Positions 51,045-61,394 of a stretch of DNA of 64,000 nt are shown here, in pieces. Source of the stretch: an uncultured Gemmatimonadales bacterium. Lineage in GTDB: Bacteria > Gemmatimonadota > Gemmatimonadetes > Gemmatimonadales > GWC2-71-9. A model generated the notes under the pieces. The model ran no database searches, had not been told where the DNA came from, and saw only the letters and a list, made by a program, of their open reading frames with translations. A program made the position numbers and the translations under genes. The stretch is taken from positions 256,001-320,000 of the forward strand of contig CAWGED010000005.1 of assembly GCA_963821525.1 (NCBI GenBank), written 5' to 3'. The number at the start of each line of letters is the position of its first letter. The first letter of the stretch is position 1.

Positions 51045-52012
51045 CCCTCGCGAAGCCTCGGATCCAGCCAGCGGTGCGTGAGATCAGCCAGGAGACTTCC
51101 CAGCACGACGACGGCCGAAACCAGGATCGTGCTGCCCATGATCACCGGATAGTCTCGAGTCCCGATCGCCTCGGCGGCGAGCGTTCCCAGCCCGGGCCAG
51201 GCGAACACCGACTCGACGAAGACCGAGCCCGCTACCAGGAGCGGCAGCCAGAGTCCGAAGAGCGCGAGCACCGCCCCGATGGCGTTGCGCCAGGCATGGC
51301 GCCACCGGACTTGCCGTTCCTGGAGTCCCTTGGTCCGGGCCGTACGAATGAAGTCGAGGTGCAACACATCCAGCATGGCGGCACGCTGGTATCGCACTGT
51401 CGCGGCGATAGTGACGAGCGAAAGCGTCGCGGCTGGCAGAATCAGATGGCGGAGCAAGTCGGTCAAGCGGGTCAGTCGGCCGGCGTCGGGAGAGAGCAGC
51501 GGGTCATGCATGAACGCGACCGGCAACAGATGCCACTGGGTGCCGAACAGCCACACGAGACTGAGGCCGAGCCAGAAGGACGGTGTGGCGTAGAGCAGCA
51601 GGGTGAAGATGGTGAGCAGATGATCGGTCTTGCTGCCGCGACGAAACGCCTGCCAGGCGCCGAGCCAGGTGCCGAGCGTGAAGTTGATGAGCAGGACCGT
51701 CCCGCCGAGGATTAGTGTTGCGGGCAATCGTTGGGCGATCAGGCTGTTCACCGAACGATCGGGGTGCTGGATGGAGATGCCGAGGTCGCCGCGGGCCAGC
51801 GGCTTCACGAAGGCGCGAAACTGGGTGAGCAGCGGCTGGTCGAGACCGTAGCGGGCGCGGAGCGCGGCTAACGCGGCGGGAGAGAAGGGTCGCTCGTCCC
51901 CCAGGCGGGAGAGCGGATCTCCGGGGGCGAGTCGCATCAGGAAGAACATCAGGACCACAGCCACCAGGAAGGTGGCGAACGCCTGGAGCATCCGGCGGAA
52001 CGCCCAGCTCAC
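51041..52012 (-). CDS. oppB: Oligopeptide ABC transporter permease
   Basis: LAPGDP, YGLDQP, GDLGIS, TARTKGL, ESVFAWPGLG, RDYPVI. Confidence 0.93.
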   Translation of the reverse strand: MSWAFRRMLQAFATFLVAVVLMFFLMRLAPGDPLSRLGDERPFSPAALAALRARYGLDQPLLTQFRAFVKPLARGDLGISIQHPDRSVNSLIAQRLPATLILGGTVLLINFTLGTWLGAWQAFRRGSKTDHLLTIFTLLLYATPSFWLGLSLVWLFGTQWHLLPVAFMHDPLLSPDAGRLTRLTDLLRHLILPAATLSLVTIAATVRYQRAAMLDVLHLDFIRTARTKGLQERQVRWRHAWRNAIGAVLALFGLWLPLLVAGSVFVESVFAWPGLGTLAAEAIGTRDYPVIMGSTILVSAVVVLGSLLADLTHRWLDPRLREG

Positions 52013-52045
52013 CGTGCGTCCCTCGGTCTCGTCACGCGGTGGGAC

Positions 52046-53685
52046 TCACTCCCGATCCCTCGATGCTTCCTGACCGGGGCGCACTCTCCAGCGCCAGACC
52101 TCAGACCAGGGTGAATCCGGGCGCAGCGTCACCTTCTCGAACCGGGCATCTACGGCGTAGAGGAAGACGGGCGCGTACAGGAAGATTGCCGGCGCGTCGC
52201 CCTCGATCGTCACGACCGCATCCCGCCACAGCTTGCGCGCAGTCTCGGGGGAGCGGGAAGCGCGGGCCAGGAGGGTGTCCACCTGAGGATTGCAGTAGTG
52301 GGCCACGTTGGTGCCGCCGATGCCGGCACAACTCCAGCTCTGGCTGAGCCCGGATGGCGTCGGGTCCTGGGTAACGGCGTAGAGATCGAGATCGAATTTG
52401 CCGCGTTCGGCGAGTCGGCGTGTACAGCGGTGGGTCCAGCGGCTGTACCTCGAGGTCCACTCCGATCCGGCGGAGCTGTTCCTGGGCCTGAAGCGCCATC
52501 TTCCGCCTGGCGCCGCTCGTCGACGGGAAAATGGCCGTGAGGTGCAACGGGCGGCCATCCTTGTCCAGAACGCCATCGCGGTCATGGTCGGCCCAGCCTC
52601 GGGAGGCCAGGATCTCACGGGCCTTGGTCGTGTCATTCCTGGGCGGCGCCGGAGACTCGAGGCGCGTCGCCAGTACTGCTGAAACCGGTCCCGCGGGGAC
52701 CAGTCGAGCTGGGTCCGTAGGTGGACCTGACGATGGTCTCCCGATCGAGGGCAAGGGCCAGTGCCCGGCGCACCGCCGGATCTCCCAGAATAGGATGTGG
52801 CTTGGTGGTATCCGCCGGGTCCCTCTGGTTGAACAGCATGTATCCCACCATCAGGCTCGGCATCGGATAGAGCCGGAACCGCGGGTTCTGTCCCAACCGC
52901 TCGGGATTGGCGAACTGGTAAATGTTGTCTACCGCATCCGCCTCACCACCGAAGAGCAGGTTCATTCTCGCTTCGGTATCGCCGGCGATGAGAAATACCA
53001 CGCGGCTGAGGCCCGGTTTGCCGAGGAAGAAATCGTCGTTCGCAGAGAGCTCGATCAGCTGGCCGGACACCCGTCGCTTCCAGCGGTAGGGGCCGTTACC
53101 GACGGGATTCGCCGCAAAGGACGAAGCTCCTACCGAGTCAGGCGAGACTTTGGCCAGCAGGTGAGCCGGCAGCGGCGGCGCGTGATACACCGCGTCGTAG
53201 AACTGCTCGGCGTAGGGTGCGGTGAACTTGAAGATGACCCGGCGGTCGCCGTCGGCGGTGACGCTGCTGATGCGCCGGAGGAGTCCGGCGAGCTGGCCAT
53301 CCAGTTTCTCCATTCGCCCGCGCTCGATCGCGAAGACCACGTCGGCGGCGGTAACCGGCGCCCCGTCGTGCCACTTGGCCCGCGGGTCGAGCTCGAAGGC
53401 CAGAGTGGTAGGATCGATCCGGCGCCAGGACTTGGCCAGCCGCGGGACGAATCGTGGCTCATCGGTCGTGGCAAGATCCTCGGGGAGATCTGCCAGCCGG
53501 AGGAACATCAGGTCGGACACCTCACGATTCGCCGCATCGCCGCCAAACAGGGTCGGAATGGGCGACATCGCCTCACGAGCCGTGACGATCACGACCGTGC
53601 CGCGCCCGGCTGAGGTCGACTGCGCCAGTGCGGGTGCGGCGATGGTGAGGATGGAAAAACCGAGCACGACGAGAGCACGTCGCAT
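52046..53685 (-). CDS. oppA: Peptide ABC transporter substrate-binding protein (family 5; two frameshifts)
   Basis: PRLAKSW, KWHDGAPVTAADVVF, PVGNGPY, DPAVRRALALALDR, DRDGVLDKDGRPL, YCNPQVD. Confidence 0.88.
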
Positions 53686-53747
53686 TGAGCTAAAGTAGTT
53701 ACGGACGGGGGGATAAAGCTACGGCGGGGGACCTGCGGGTGTTCGGT

Positions 53748-54473
53748 TTAGCGACGCCAGGTCCACTCCGGGGAGCGAAAGTGCTCCACGTGGGGCGAAG
53801 CGGCGCGATCGAGCCATTCTGTCTCTATCGGGGCGGCGCCCGATTCTTCCCTGATCGCGTCGGCGACCTCCTCGAAAGACACTGTGCGGCCCAGCGCCTC
53901 TCTGAGCGAGCTCTCGCTGCCTTCGGGAGCGGGCACCCGGCTCACCCGGGTCACGATCTCCTGAGTTCCTCCGAGGAGAATGCTTCCGTGCTGCAGGAAG
54001 GCATCGCCCTGACGAAGCTGCGCGCTGCCCACGAGTTTGCGATTCCCATACATGATCTCGCCGCCGACTGGAGCACTGAAACACCCGCCCGGTGAGAGAC
54101 CGGGAACCGGCGTCTTTCCCGCGAGCGTGACCTCGGCGCCGAGCCGGCTAAGGGCGGCAGCGAGGAACTGGTGAATTGCGCAGTAGGCGGCACTCAGCGA
54201 GCCGAACTGGTTGACGCGACCCGCTACGGCGTAGGTGATCTCGCTCTCATGCCACACGGCTCGACCACCCGTGGGACGGCGCACGACGTCGAGTCCCAGT
54301 CGCTCGATCTCCCGGCGATCGTAGCGCTTAAGGGCGGATTCATTCCGGCCAAAAGAGAGGCAGGGAGGGTCCCACTGATAGAGCCGTAGCAGTAATCCGC
54401 CCTCAGCCTCGGCCCGGTCCAGCATGGCCTGGTCCCGGGCCATGTTGAGCCAGCCGGGAGCGGGGGGCGACAA
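53748..54473 (-). CDS. Lipoate-protein ligase / octanoyltransferase family protein (LipM/LplA-like; true start uncertain)
   Basis: NMARDQAM, LRLYQW, VVRRPTGGRAVWH, KLVGSAQ, LQHGSI; directly downstream of gcvP. Confidence 0.9.
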   Translation of the reverse strand: MSPPAPGWLNMARDQAMLDRAEAEGGLLLRLYQWDPPCLSFGRNESALKRYDRREIERLGLDVVRRPTGGRAVWHESEITYAVAGRVNQFGSLSAAYCAIHQFLAAALSRLGAEVTLAGKTPVPGLSPGGCFSAPVGGEIMYGNRKLVGSAQLRQGDAFLQHGSILLGGTQEIVTRVSRVPAPEGSESSLREALGRTVSFEEVADAIREESGAAPIETEWLDRAASPHVEHFRSPEWTWRR

Positions 54474-54480
54474 CGAAAAG

Positions 54481-54586
54481 CGGGAACAGGGAAAAGGGAA
54501 CAGGGAACCGGGCGTTCCCAGCTGTTCCCGTTCCCTGTTCCCCGTTCCCCGTTCCCGCAGTTGCTTTCACCTCAGTCCTCAGTCCT
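54481..54586. repeat. Inverted (GGGAACA/G)/(TGTTCCC) arrays plus an AGGACTG array (minus strand) between gcvP and the ligase
   Basis: cgggaacagggaaaagggaacagggaacc / gttcccgttccctgttccccgttccccgttccc; ctcagtcctcagtcct 54571-54586. Confidence 0.85.
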
Positions 54587-54595
54587 TCTTGCTCG

Positions 54596-57509
54596 TCACC
54601 CCGCGCCCGCCCCCACCGCTTCCGGCTCGGCGTACGCCGACACCGGCGGACAGGTGCACACGAGGTGGCGGTCGCCGTAGGCGGCGTCGATCCGGCCCAC
54701 GGTTGGCCAGGACTTGTGTTCCCGGAGACCGGGCATGGGATAGGCGGCGCGCTCCCGCGGATAGGGACGATCCCAGGCATCCTCGATCACCTGGACCAGG
54801 GTGTGCGGCGCGTTGGTCAGGAGATTGTTGCCCTTGGGCGAGCGGCCTTCCTCGATCTCCCGAATTTCCTCCCGGATTCCGATCATCGCATCCACGAAGC
54901 GGTCGAGCTCCTCGCGCGGCTCGCTCTCGGTCGGCTCGATCATCAGCGTGCCGGGTACCGGGAAGGACACCGTCGGCGGATGGAAGCCATAGTCGATGAT
55001 CCGCTTGGCAATGTCCTCCACTTCGATTCCGGCCGAGGCCTTGAACGGCCGCATGTCGAGAATGCACTCATGCGCGACGAGGCCGTGATTGCCGGCGTAG
55101 AGCACCGGGTAGTGGTTCTTGAGCCGGTGGGCGATGTAATTGGCGCTGAGGATCGCGACCTTGGTCGCCTGGGTCAGCCCTTCCTGTCCCATCAATGCGA
55201 TGTAGGCCCAGGAGATCGGCAGGATCGCCGCACTGCCCCAGGGGGCGGCGGAGATGGTGCCGCAACTCTGGGTATGACCCAGCGGGACCACCGGATGATC
55301 CGGCAGGAACGGGGCGAGGTGTGGCGCCACGCAGATCGGACCCATGCCGGGACCGCCGCCGCCATGCGGGATGCAGAAAGTCTTGTGCAGGTTCAAGTGG
55401 CAGACATCGGCGCCGAAATCGCCCGGACGGCAGAGCCCGACCTGGGCGTTCATGTTGGCGCCATCCATGTAAACCTGCCCGCCATTCTGGTGCACGATCT
55501 CGCAGACCTCACGGATGCCTGACTCGAAGACGCCGTGAGTGGAGGGATAGGTCACCATCAGGCAGGCCAGCGTGTCCTTATGCTCCGCGGCCTTGGCCCG
55601 CAGATCCGCCAGATCAATGTTGCCGAGTGGATCGGACTTGATCGCGACCACATCGAGTCCCGCCATGACCGCACTGGCTGGATTCGTCCCGTGGGCGGAC
55701 ATGGGGATCAGGCAGGTCGTCCGGTTGTGCTGACCCCGGGCGCGATGGAAGGCACGGATCACCAGCAGGCCCGCGAATTCGCCCTGGGAGCCCGGCATTC
55801 GGTTGCAACGACACTTTGGCGAAGCCGGTGATCTCCGCCAGTTGGGCTTCGAGCTGGCTGAAGAGCAACTGGTAGCCGGCGGTCTGGTCCCGGGGGACGA
55901 AGGGATGCAGCCGGTTCAGCTCGCGCCAGCTCACCGGCATCATCTCGGTGGTGGCGTTCAGCTTCATGGTGCAGGAGCCCAGAGGAATCATCGACGAGGT
56001 GAGCGAAAGGTCCCTCGCCTCGAGCCGCTTGATGTAGCGCAGCATCTCCGTCTCGGAGTGACACTTGTGGAAGACGGGATGGGTGAGAAACGCACTGGTG
56101 CGGCGGAGCGCCTCCGGAATCGCCGGCTCGGTCGTGGCACCGCCATCGCCGAGCATGTAGGGCAGGGCGACGTCGAGAGAGAAGACGGCGATGACGTCGG
56201 ACAGGTCGCCTACGGAGACCGTCTCGTCGAGCGCCACACAGATCCGGTGTCCGTCGATCACCCGCAGGTTGATGTGCCGGGCCCGCGCCGCATCGAGAAT
56301 CCTGGGCAAATTGGCCGGCTTCACCTCGACGCAGACGGTGTCGAAGAAGTCCTTATGGACCAAGTGGTACCTCAGGCGGTGCAGGGCCGCCGCGAGGTAG
56401 GTCGCCTGGGTGTGGACCCGCTCGGCGATCCGGCGCAGGCCATCCGGGCCGTGGTAGACCGCGTACATGCTCGCCATCACGGCCAGGAGTACCTGCGCCG
56501 TGCAGACATTGCTGGTGGCTTTGTCGCGCCGGATGTGCTGTTCCCGAGTCTGCAGGGCCATGCGTAGCGCCGGCCGCCCGCTGGTGTCTTTCGAGACACC
56601 GATGATCCGGCCCGGCAGGTGACGCTTGTACCCTTCACGAGTCGAGAAGAAGGCGGCGTGAGGGCCGCCGTAGCCCATCGGCACCCCGAAGCGCTGCGAG
56701 TTGCCGACGGCGATGTCGGCTCCCCACTCTCCAGGCGGAGTCAACATCGTCAGTGCGAGCAGGTCGGTCGCGGCGGTCACCAGAGCACCCCCGGCATGAG
56801 CCCGGTCGCACAGTTCGCGGAAATCTCGAATCGCTCCGTCAGTGGCAGGATACTGGACCAGTGCTCCGATGACCGAGCCGCCGAACTCGAAGGTTTCGGG
56901 AGCCGCGACTCGCACTTCGACTCCGCGAACCTCAGCACGGGTCTGCACCACGGCGATCGTCTGGGGATGACAGGCCGAGTCCACCAGGTACACCGGCTTG
57001 CCCTTGGGAGACGCGACCGCTTCGGTCAGGTGCATCGCCTCGGCGGCGGCCGTCGCTTCATCGAGGAGCGAGGCGTTGGCCACCGGCAGGCCGGTGAGAT
57101 CGGCCACGAGGGTCTGGAAGTTGAGCAAGGCCTCGAGCCGGCCCTGCGCGATTTCCGCCTGATAGGGAGTGTACGCGGTATACCAGCCGGGGTTCTCGAG
57201 GATGTTCCGCTGGATCACCTGGGGCGTGAAGGTCCCGTAGTACCCCATGCCGAGGTAGGAGCGGAAGATCCGGTTCTGGGCGGCGAGACCGCGGAGGGCC
57301 TGCAGCACTTCGCGCTCACTCCGGCTGGGTGGCAGGTCCAGTGGCTGGGGCAGCCGGATGTCCGCCGGGACTACGGCGTCGATGAAAGCGTCCAGCGTGT
57401 CGTAGCCCAGTTCGTGCACCATGGCCTGGATATCGTCTCGACGAGGCCCAATGTGGCGAGAGACGAAGCGGTCGGTGCGGAGCAGGGTATAGGCGGTTGG
57501 TTCAGACAT
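54596..57509 (-). CDS. gcvP: Glycine dehydrogenase (decarboxylating), P protein (frameshift ~55795)
   Basis: [77 protein letters not shown]. Confidence 0.96.
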
Positions 57510-57518
57510 GCGAGGTGA

Positions 57519-57560
57519 TGGAGACGGAAGACGGGAGACGGAAGACGGACGGTAGACGGG
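57519..57560 (-). repeat. Heptamer array (CCGTCTY)n before the gcvP start
   Basis: Plus strand ggagacggaagacgggagacggaagacgg...gtagacggg; complement family of 30194-30237. Confidence 0.75.
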
Positions 57561-57597
57561 AACAAAACGGCGCCCCGCAGTCAGAGCCGGAGGCGCC
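57561..57597 (-). terminator. Possible intrinsic terminator between gcvH and gcvP
   Basis: Minus strand GGCGCCTCCG-N10-CGGGGCGCC followed by GTTTTGTT. Confidence 0.5.
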
Positions 57598-57627
57598 AGG
57601 AGAAGCAAACAACACTGCATCGAAAAC

Positions 57628-58011
57628 CTACCCGCCGATCTTCTGCTGATACTGGGCGGCGGAGAGGAGCGACGATAACTCCGAGGGATCGCGAGGGCGC
57701 AGCTTGATCATCCACCCGGCCCCATAGGGATCACGGTTGATGGCGGCTGGATCGGTGTCGAGGGCAGTGTTGGCCTCGACCACCTCGCCGCTCAGCGGGC
57801 AGAAGAGTTCGGACACGGCTTTCACCGCTTCGACGGTGCCGAAGACTCCCATGCGCTCGAAGGTAGTGCCGGGCTTGGGCAGCTCGACGAAGACGACATC
57901 TCCCAGCTCGCCCTGGGCGTAGTCGGTGATGCCGATCTCGACGACGTCGCCCGACTTGCGGACGTACTCGTGTTCAGGGGTGTAGAGCAGATCGGCCGGG
58001 ATGTTGGGCAC
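57628..58011 (-). CDS. gcvH: Glycine cleavage system H protein
   Basis: [41 protein letters not shown] (lipoyl Lys), [10 protein letters not shown]. Confidence 0.97.
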   Translation of the reverse strand: MPNIPADLLYTPEHEYVRKSGDVVEIGITDYAQGELGDVVFVELPKPGTTFERMGVFGTVEAVKAVSELFCPLSGEVVEANTALDTDPAAINRDPYGAGWMIKLRPRDPSELSSLLSAAQYQQKIGG

Positions 58012-58063
58012 GTTGGCTCCGCAAATTGCGTGGGGGGGAGGATAGAGGAGGGGGGCGGGCCCG

Positions 58064-58681
58064 TCAAGCAGGAACGAGCTGGTCCCAGACCGCTCTGGCG
58101 CGCTGCTCGAGCGCCGCGCGATCGCCCTCGTTTTCGATCACGAATGGGGCCCGCGGCGGGGTCCCACCGACCCAGTCCCGTTTCTCCGAGGCGGGCATCT
58201 GTGTGGCGAGCATGCGGCGGGCTTCGTCTGCCGGGAGCCCACGTGATTCCATCAGCCGCTGGAGCCGCAGGGGCTCCGGAGCATCGACCAGAATCACGGC
58301 GTCGAAGGCTGCCGGATCCGCCGACTCGAAGAGCAGCGGGATGTCGCTCACTACTACCCGCGCACCCTGCCGTCTCGCCGACTCCAGCAGCTCGGCCCGC
58401 CGGCGGTGGACTTCGGGATGAACGATGGCGTTGAGATCGGCTCTCGCCTCCGGGTCCCGCATGACGATCTGCCGAACCTTGCCCCGGTCGAGCTGGCCAT
58501 CAGGCAGGATCACATCGGGGCCGAATCTCGTCGCGATGGCTCCCAACACCGGTGAGCCGGGCTGTTGCAGTTCCCGGACGATCTGGTCGGCGTCGATGAT
58601 GACGGCACCCCAGCTCTGAAACAGCTCGGCGACGGTGGACTTGCCGGAGGCGATGTTGCCGGTGAGGGCGAGGTGGATCAT
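58064..58681 (-). CDS. coaE: Dephospho-CoA kinase
   Basis: LTGNIASGKSTV, IDAD, LDR, LNAIVHP, DIPLLFE. Confidence 0.96.
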   Translation of the reverse strand: MIHLALTGNIASGKSTVAELFQSWGAVIIDADQIVRELQQPGSPVLGAIATRFGPDVILPDGQLDRGKVRQIVMRDPEARADLNAIVHPEVHRRRAELLESARRQGARVVVSDIPLLFESADPAAFDAVILVDAPEPLRLQRLMESRGLPADEARRMLATQMPASEKRDWVGGTPPRAPFVIENEGDRAALEQRARAVWDQLVPA

Positions 58682-58690
58682 GGGCTGAGT

Positions 58691-58739
58691 GAGCTAACAG
58701 CTGTAGCTGTTAGCTAATAGCTAGTTAGCTATAGCTGTT
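58691..58739. repeat. Degenerate AGCT-core heptamer array (AGCTAAC / GTTAGCT)
   Basis: gagctaacagctgtagctgttagctaatagctagttagctatagctg fills the tdk-coaE gap. Confidence 0.75.
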
Positions 58740-58741
58740 TC

Positions 58742-59348
58742 TCACAGCAACGCCGTCTGATCCTCATCCTTCCGCGGCACGCGGTGGCAGTGCCGGCAGC
58801 GGGCTTCGTAGGATTCGCGGCCGCCGATCATGATCGTGGGGGAGTCGTAGCGGGCAGGCTTGCCGTCGACCAGCCGCTGGTTGCGGGTGGCGAGGTCGCC
58901 GCAAACGACGCAGATGGCCTGGAGTTTGTCCACGGTCTCGGCGACGGCCATCAGGTTGCCCATGGCACCGAAGGGCTCGCCGCGGAAATCGGTGTCGGTG
59001 CCCGCGACGATGACGCGGACGCCGCGCGCCGCGAGCGCCGTGGCCACGGTGACGACCTCGCGGATCGAGGAACTGCGCCTCGTCCACCGCCACCATCTCG
59101 GTGTCGGGCCGGACCAGGCGGAAGATCTCGGCGGCGGTATCCACCGGTGTGGCTTCCAGCTCGCGGCCGTCGTGGCTCGCAACACTGTAGAGCCCGCCAT
59201 AGCGGGTGTCGAAGTGGGACTTGAAAACCTGAACGCGGCGGCGGGCGATAATCGCACGACGCACACGCCGGATCAACTCCTCACTTTTTCCGCTGAACAT
59301 CACGCCGGAGATGACTTCTATCCAACCCGGACGCGATCCATGATACAT
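58742..59348 (-). CDS. tdk: Thymidine kinase (frameshift ~59062)
   Basis: [52 protein letters not shown]. Confidence 0.95.
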
Positions 59349-59495
59349 CGGCCGCCTCGGTTCGGGGTGCGGCGGAAAATGGCTGGGCATTCCAATGCGG
59401 TCAAGCGAAGCGGTGACGGCTTGCGATCTTTCCGTGCTTCTCCGCATATTCTGCCCCCGCCCCGATCCATACCCGACCGCAAGAAGGAGCCTTGT

Positions 59496-59783
59496 GTGAA
59501 CAAGCAGGAACTGGTTGAAGCCGTCGCGAAGAGCCTGGGCAAGTCCAAGGCCGAGGCGGCCAAGATCGTCGAGGCGCTGTTCGCACCGGGAGGCGTGATC
59601 TGCTCCGAGCTCAAGAAGGGCAGGAAGGTCCAGATCACCGGATTTGGCAACTTCGAAACCCGCAAACGGAAGGCTCGCACCGGCCGCAACCCGCGAACCG
59701 GCCGGGCGATTTCAATCAAGGCAGGAGTAGCGCCGGTGTTTCGGGCCGGGAAGGGGCTGAAGGAACTGGTCAACAAGCGGTAA
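59496..59783 (+). CDS. hup: HU family DNA-binding protein
   Basis: [51 protein letters not shown]. Confidence 0.95.
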   Translation: MNKQELVEAVAKSLGKSKAEAAKIVEALFAPGGVICSELKKGRKVQITGFGNFETRKRKARTGRNPRTGRAISIKAGVAPVFRAGKGLKELVNKR

Positions 59784-59816
59784 CAGTGAAGGGTCGCACC
59801 GTTCACCGCCCGCGCT

Positions 59817-61235
59817 TCACTGGTCTGGCCTCACGCTTGGTCCCGCGCCGCGATCCACACGTGCGGTGACCCGATGGCGGCGAATCGTCAGGCCGTTCAT
59901 CCGGCGCGCGACTTCTTCCGCGTCTTCCGCCGGAACCTCGACCAGACAATAGACCTCCCGGACGTCGATCTTCCCGATCCGGGTTCGGTCCATCCGCAGC
60001 TCGCGGGTCATCGCGGCGACGAGATCGTTCGGGGTGACTTCGTCCTTCTTTCCGCCGCTGACCCATACCCTCGCCGTGGCAGGAGTCGCGACAACCGGAG
60101 TCGCGGGTTCAACCTTCTCGCCGGTTCCGCTCCAAAGCTGGTACAGGGCCGCCGCCACCTGGGCCGGATCGTGCCGCTCGAACAGGGGCGCTATCGCCAG
60201 CAGCGCATTGCTCACTCCCGGCGATTCGACGGTGGATTCGATTCGGGCGCGGCGCGCCGCGGCGACCGATTCTGCCGCCTCGAGCGCACCGGCCAGCCGG
60301 AGCGGCTTGGAGCGCTCGGTCACCAGCTGGAGGTAGGGGAGCGCATGCGGCGGTAACAGCAGGACCACATTGCCGGCCGCACTGAGCTGAGCCAGCCGCG
60401 CAGGTTCGGGAATGTCGTAGCAGATGATCAACTCCGCCGCCGGCGCGTCGCCGGTGACCACGGTCGTCTCACCAGCCACGGGAAGCGCGGCTCGCACCTC
60501 CTCGGCCGAACCGGCATCCGCAGTCCAGATCACAGCGCCAGCTGGATCCAGCATCTCGAGAGCATTCTGAAGCGCCGAGAAACGCGCGTTCCACGCTGTA
60601 ATGACGTACTGCAGCGGCGCGGTGCTCTTGGTTGGGGTTTGAGCAGCGAAGGGCCCGGCCACGACTCCGCGACGCGCGTAACGGTCGGTGAGGTCCCGGG
60701 ATGGGGCAGGGGACAGCGGAATCAGGAGTCGCGGCGCATCCTTGTTCGCATCCTGCAGGATCTGGGTGAGTGTCTCCGCATTCTCACAGCTCTCGGGCCA
60801 GGCGAGAACGATGTGGCTCAACGATTCCGCCTTGAGGGCGCTCCGGCGACACAACTGAAGCGCAACCTCGGGGGTCGTGAGGAGAATCTGGAGACCTCCC
60901 GCGCGCAGACGGCGCGTCGCACGGGCAGGCGTGGATGCTGTTTCGAGGGTCAGTGATGCGGCGCGGGCGAGCGGGACCAGTACCTGGGCCCACTCCTGAA
61001 TGCCGAACGCTGGCACCAGCACCAGAATCCTGCTCTCCGGTCCGGCTGAGCCAAGAAGTCCCGCCATCGCCGGGATCGCATAGCGCGCCGACGGCGGAGA
61101 CAGAAGCACGACGTTCGTGCCGCGGAGCGCCGGCACAGTCGATTCGCGAATTACGGCATCACTCGGAGCGTAGCCGAGGGCTTCCATCAACGCCGAGAGC
61201 GGCGCGGGAAGCGACGAGTCCCAGTTTCCTGACAT
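59817..61235 (-). CDS. DEAD-box-helicase-like protein lacking catalytic motifs, with C-terminal DbpA-type RNA-binding domain
   Basis: DeaD-like layout (ALMEALGY, ILVLVP, QILLTTPE, IICYDIP) and C-terminal VWVSGGKKDEVTPNDLVAAM..IGKIDVRE..LVEVP. Confidence 0.75.
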   Translation of the reverse strand: MSGNWDSSLPAPLSALMEALGYAPSDAVIRESTVPALRGTNVVLLSPPSARYAIPAMAGLLGSAGPESRILVLVPAFGIQEWAQVLVPLARAASLTLETASTPARATRRLRAGGLQILLTTPEVALQLCRRSALKAESLSHIVLAWPESCENAETLTQILQDANKDAPRLLIPLSPAPSRDLTDRYARRGVVAGPFAAQTPTKSTAPLQYVITAWNARFSALQNALEMLDPAGAVIWTADAGSAEEVRAALPVAGETTVVTGDAPAAELIICYDIPEPARLAQLSAAGNVVLLLPPHALPYLQLVTERSKPLRLAGALEAAESVAAARRARIESTVESPGVSNALLAIAPLFERHDPAQVAAALYQLWSGTGEKVEPATPVVATPATARVWVSGGKKDEVTPNDLVAAMTRELRMDRTRIGKIDVREVYCLVEVPAEDAEEVARRMNGLTIRRHRVTARVDRGAGPSVRPDQ

Positions 61236-61394
61236 GACATCCCCTCGATTGTCAAACAGCAGTACAGCAGCGGGCCCGAACATACCAAGATTGTCATCCT
61301 AAGACCAGTTGACATACTCCGTGTGACGAAGAACTTTTGTGTTCCCGCGTGGTCCGCAGGCCTCGCCCGATCAATCTCTTGCAGGGTTGTGCCG

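Noticed and set aside
57510..58063. Glycine riboswitch at gcvH/gcvP
   Set aside because: The gaps are short and explained by a heptamer array and a hairpin; no recognisable aptamer motif was found.
6012..58739. CRISPR arrays
   Set aside because: The repeats are contiguous 7-8-mers without unique spacers, and no cas genes are present.
54596..59348. gcvP and tdk (also cydA, oppA, oppD) as pseudogenes or programmed frameshifts
   Set aside because: Motifs are intact on both sides of single indels, and the same pattern occurs window-wide; sequencing error is more parsimonious.
59570..59600. Short APGG insertion in HU helix 2
   Set aside because: A minor variation; nothing in the sequence indicates functional novelty.
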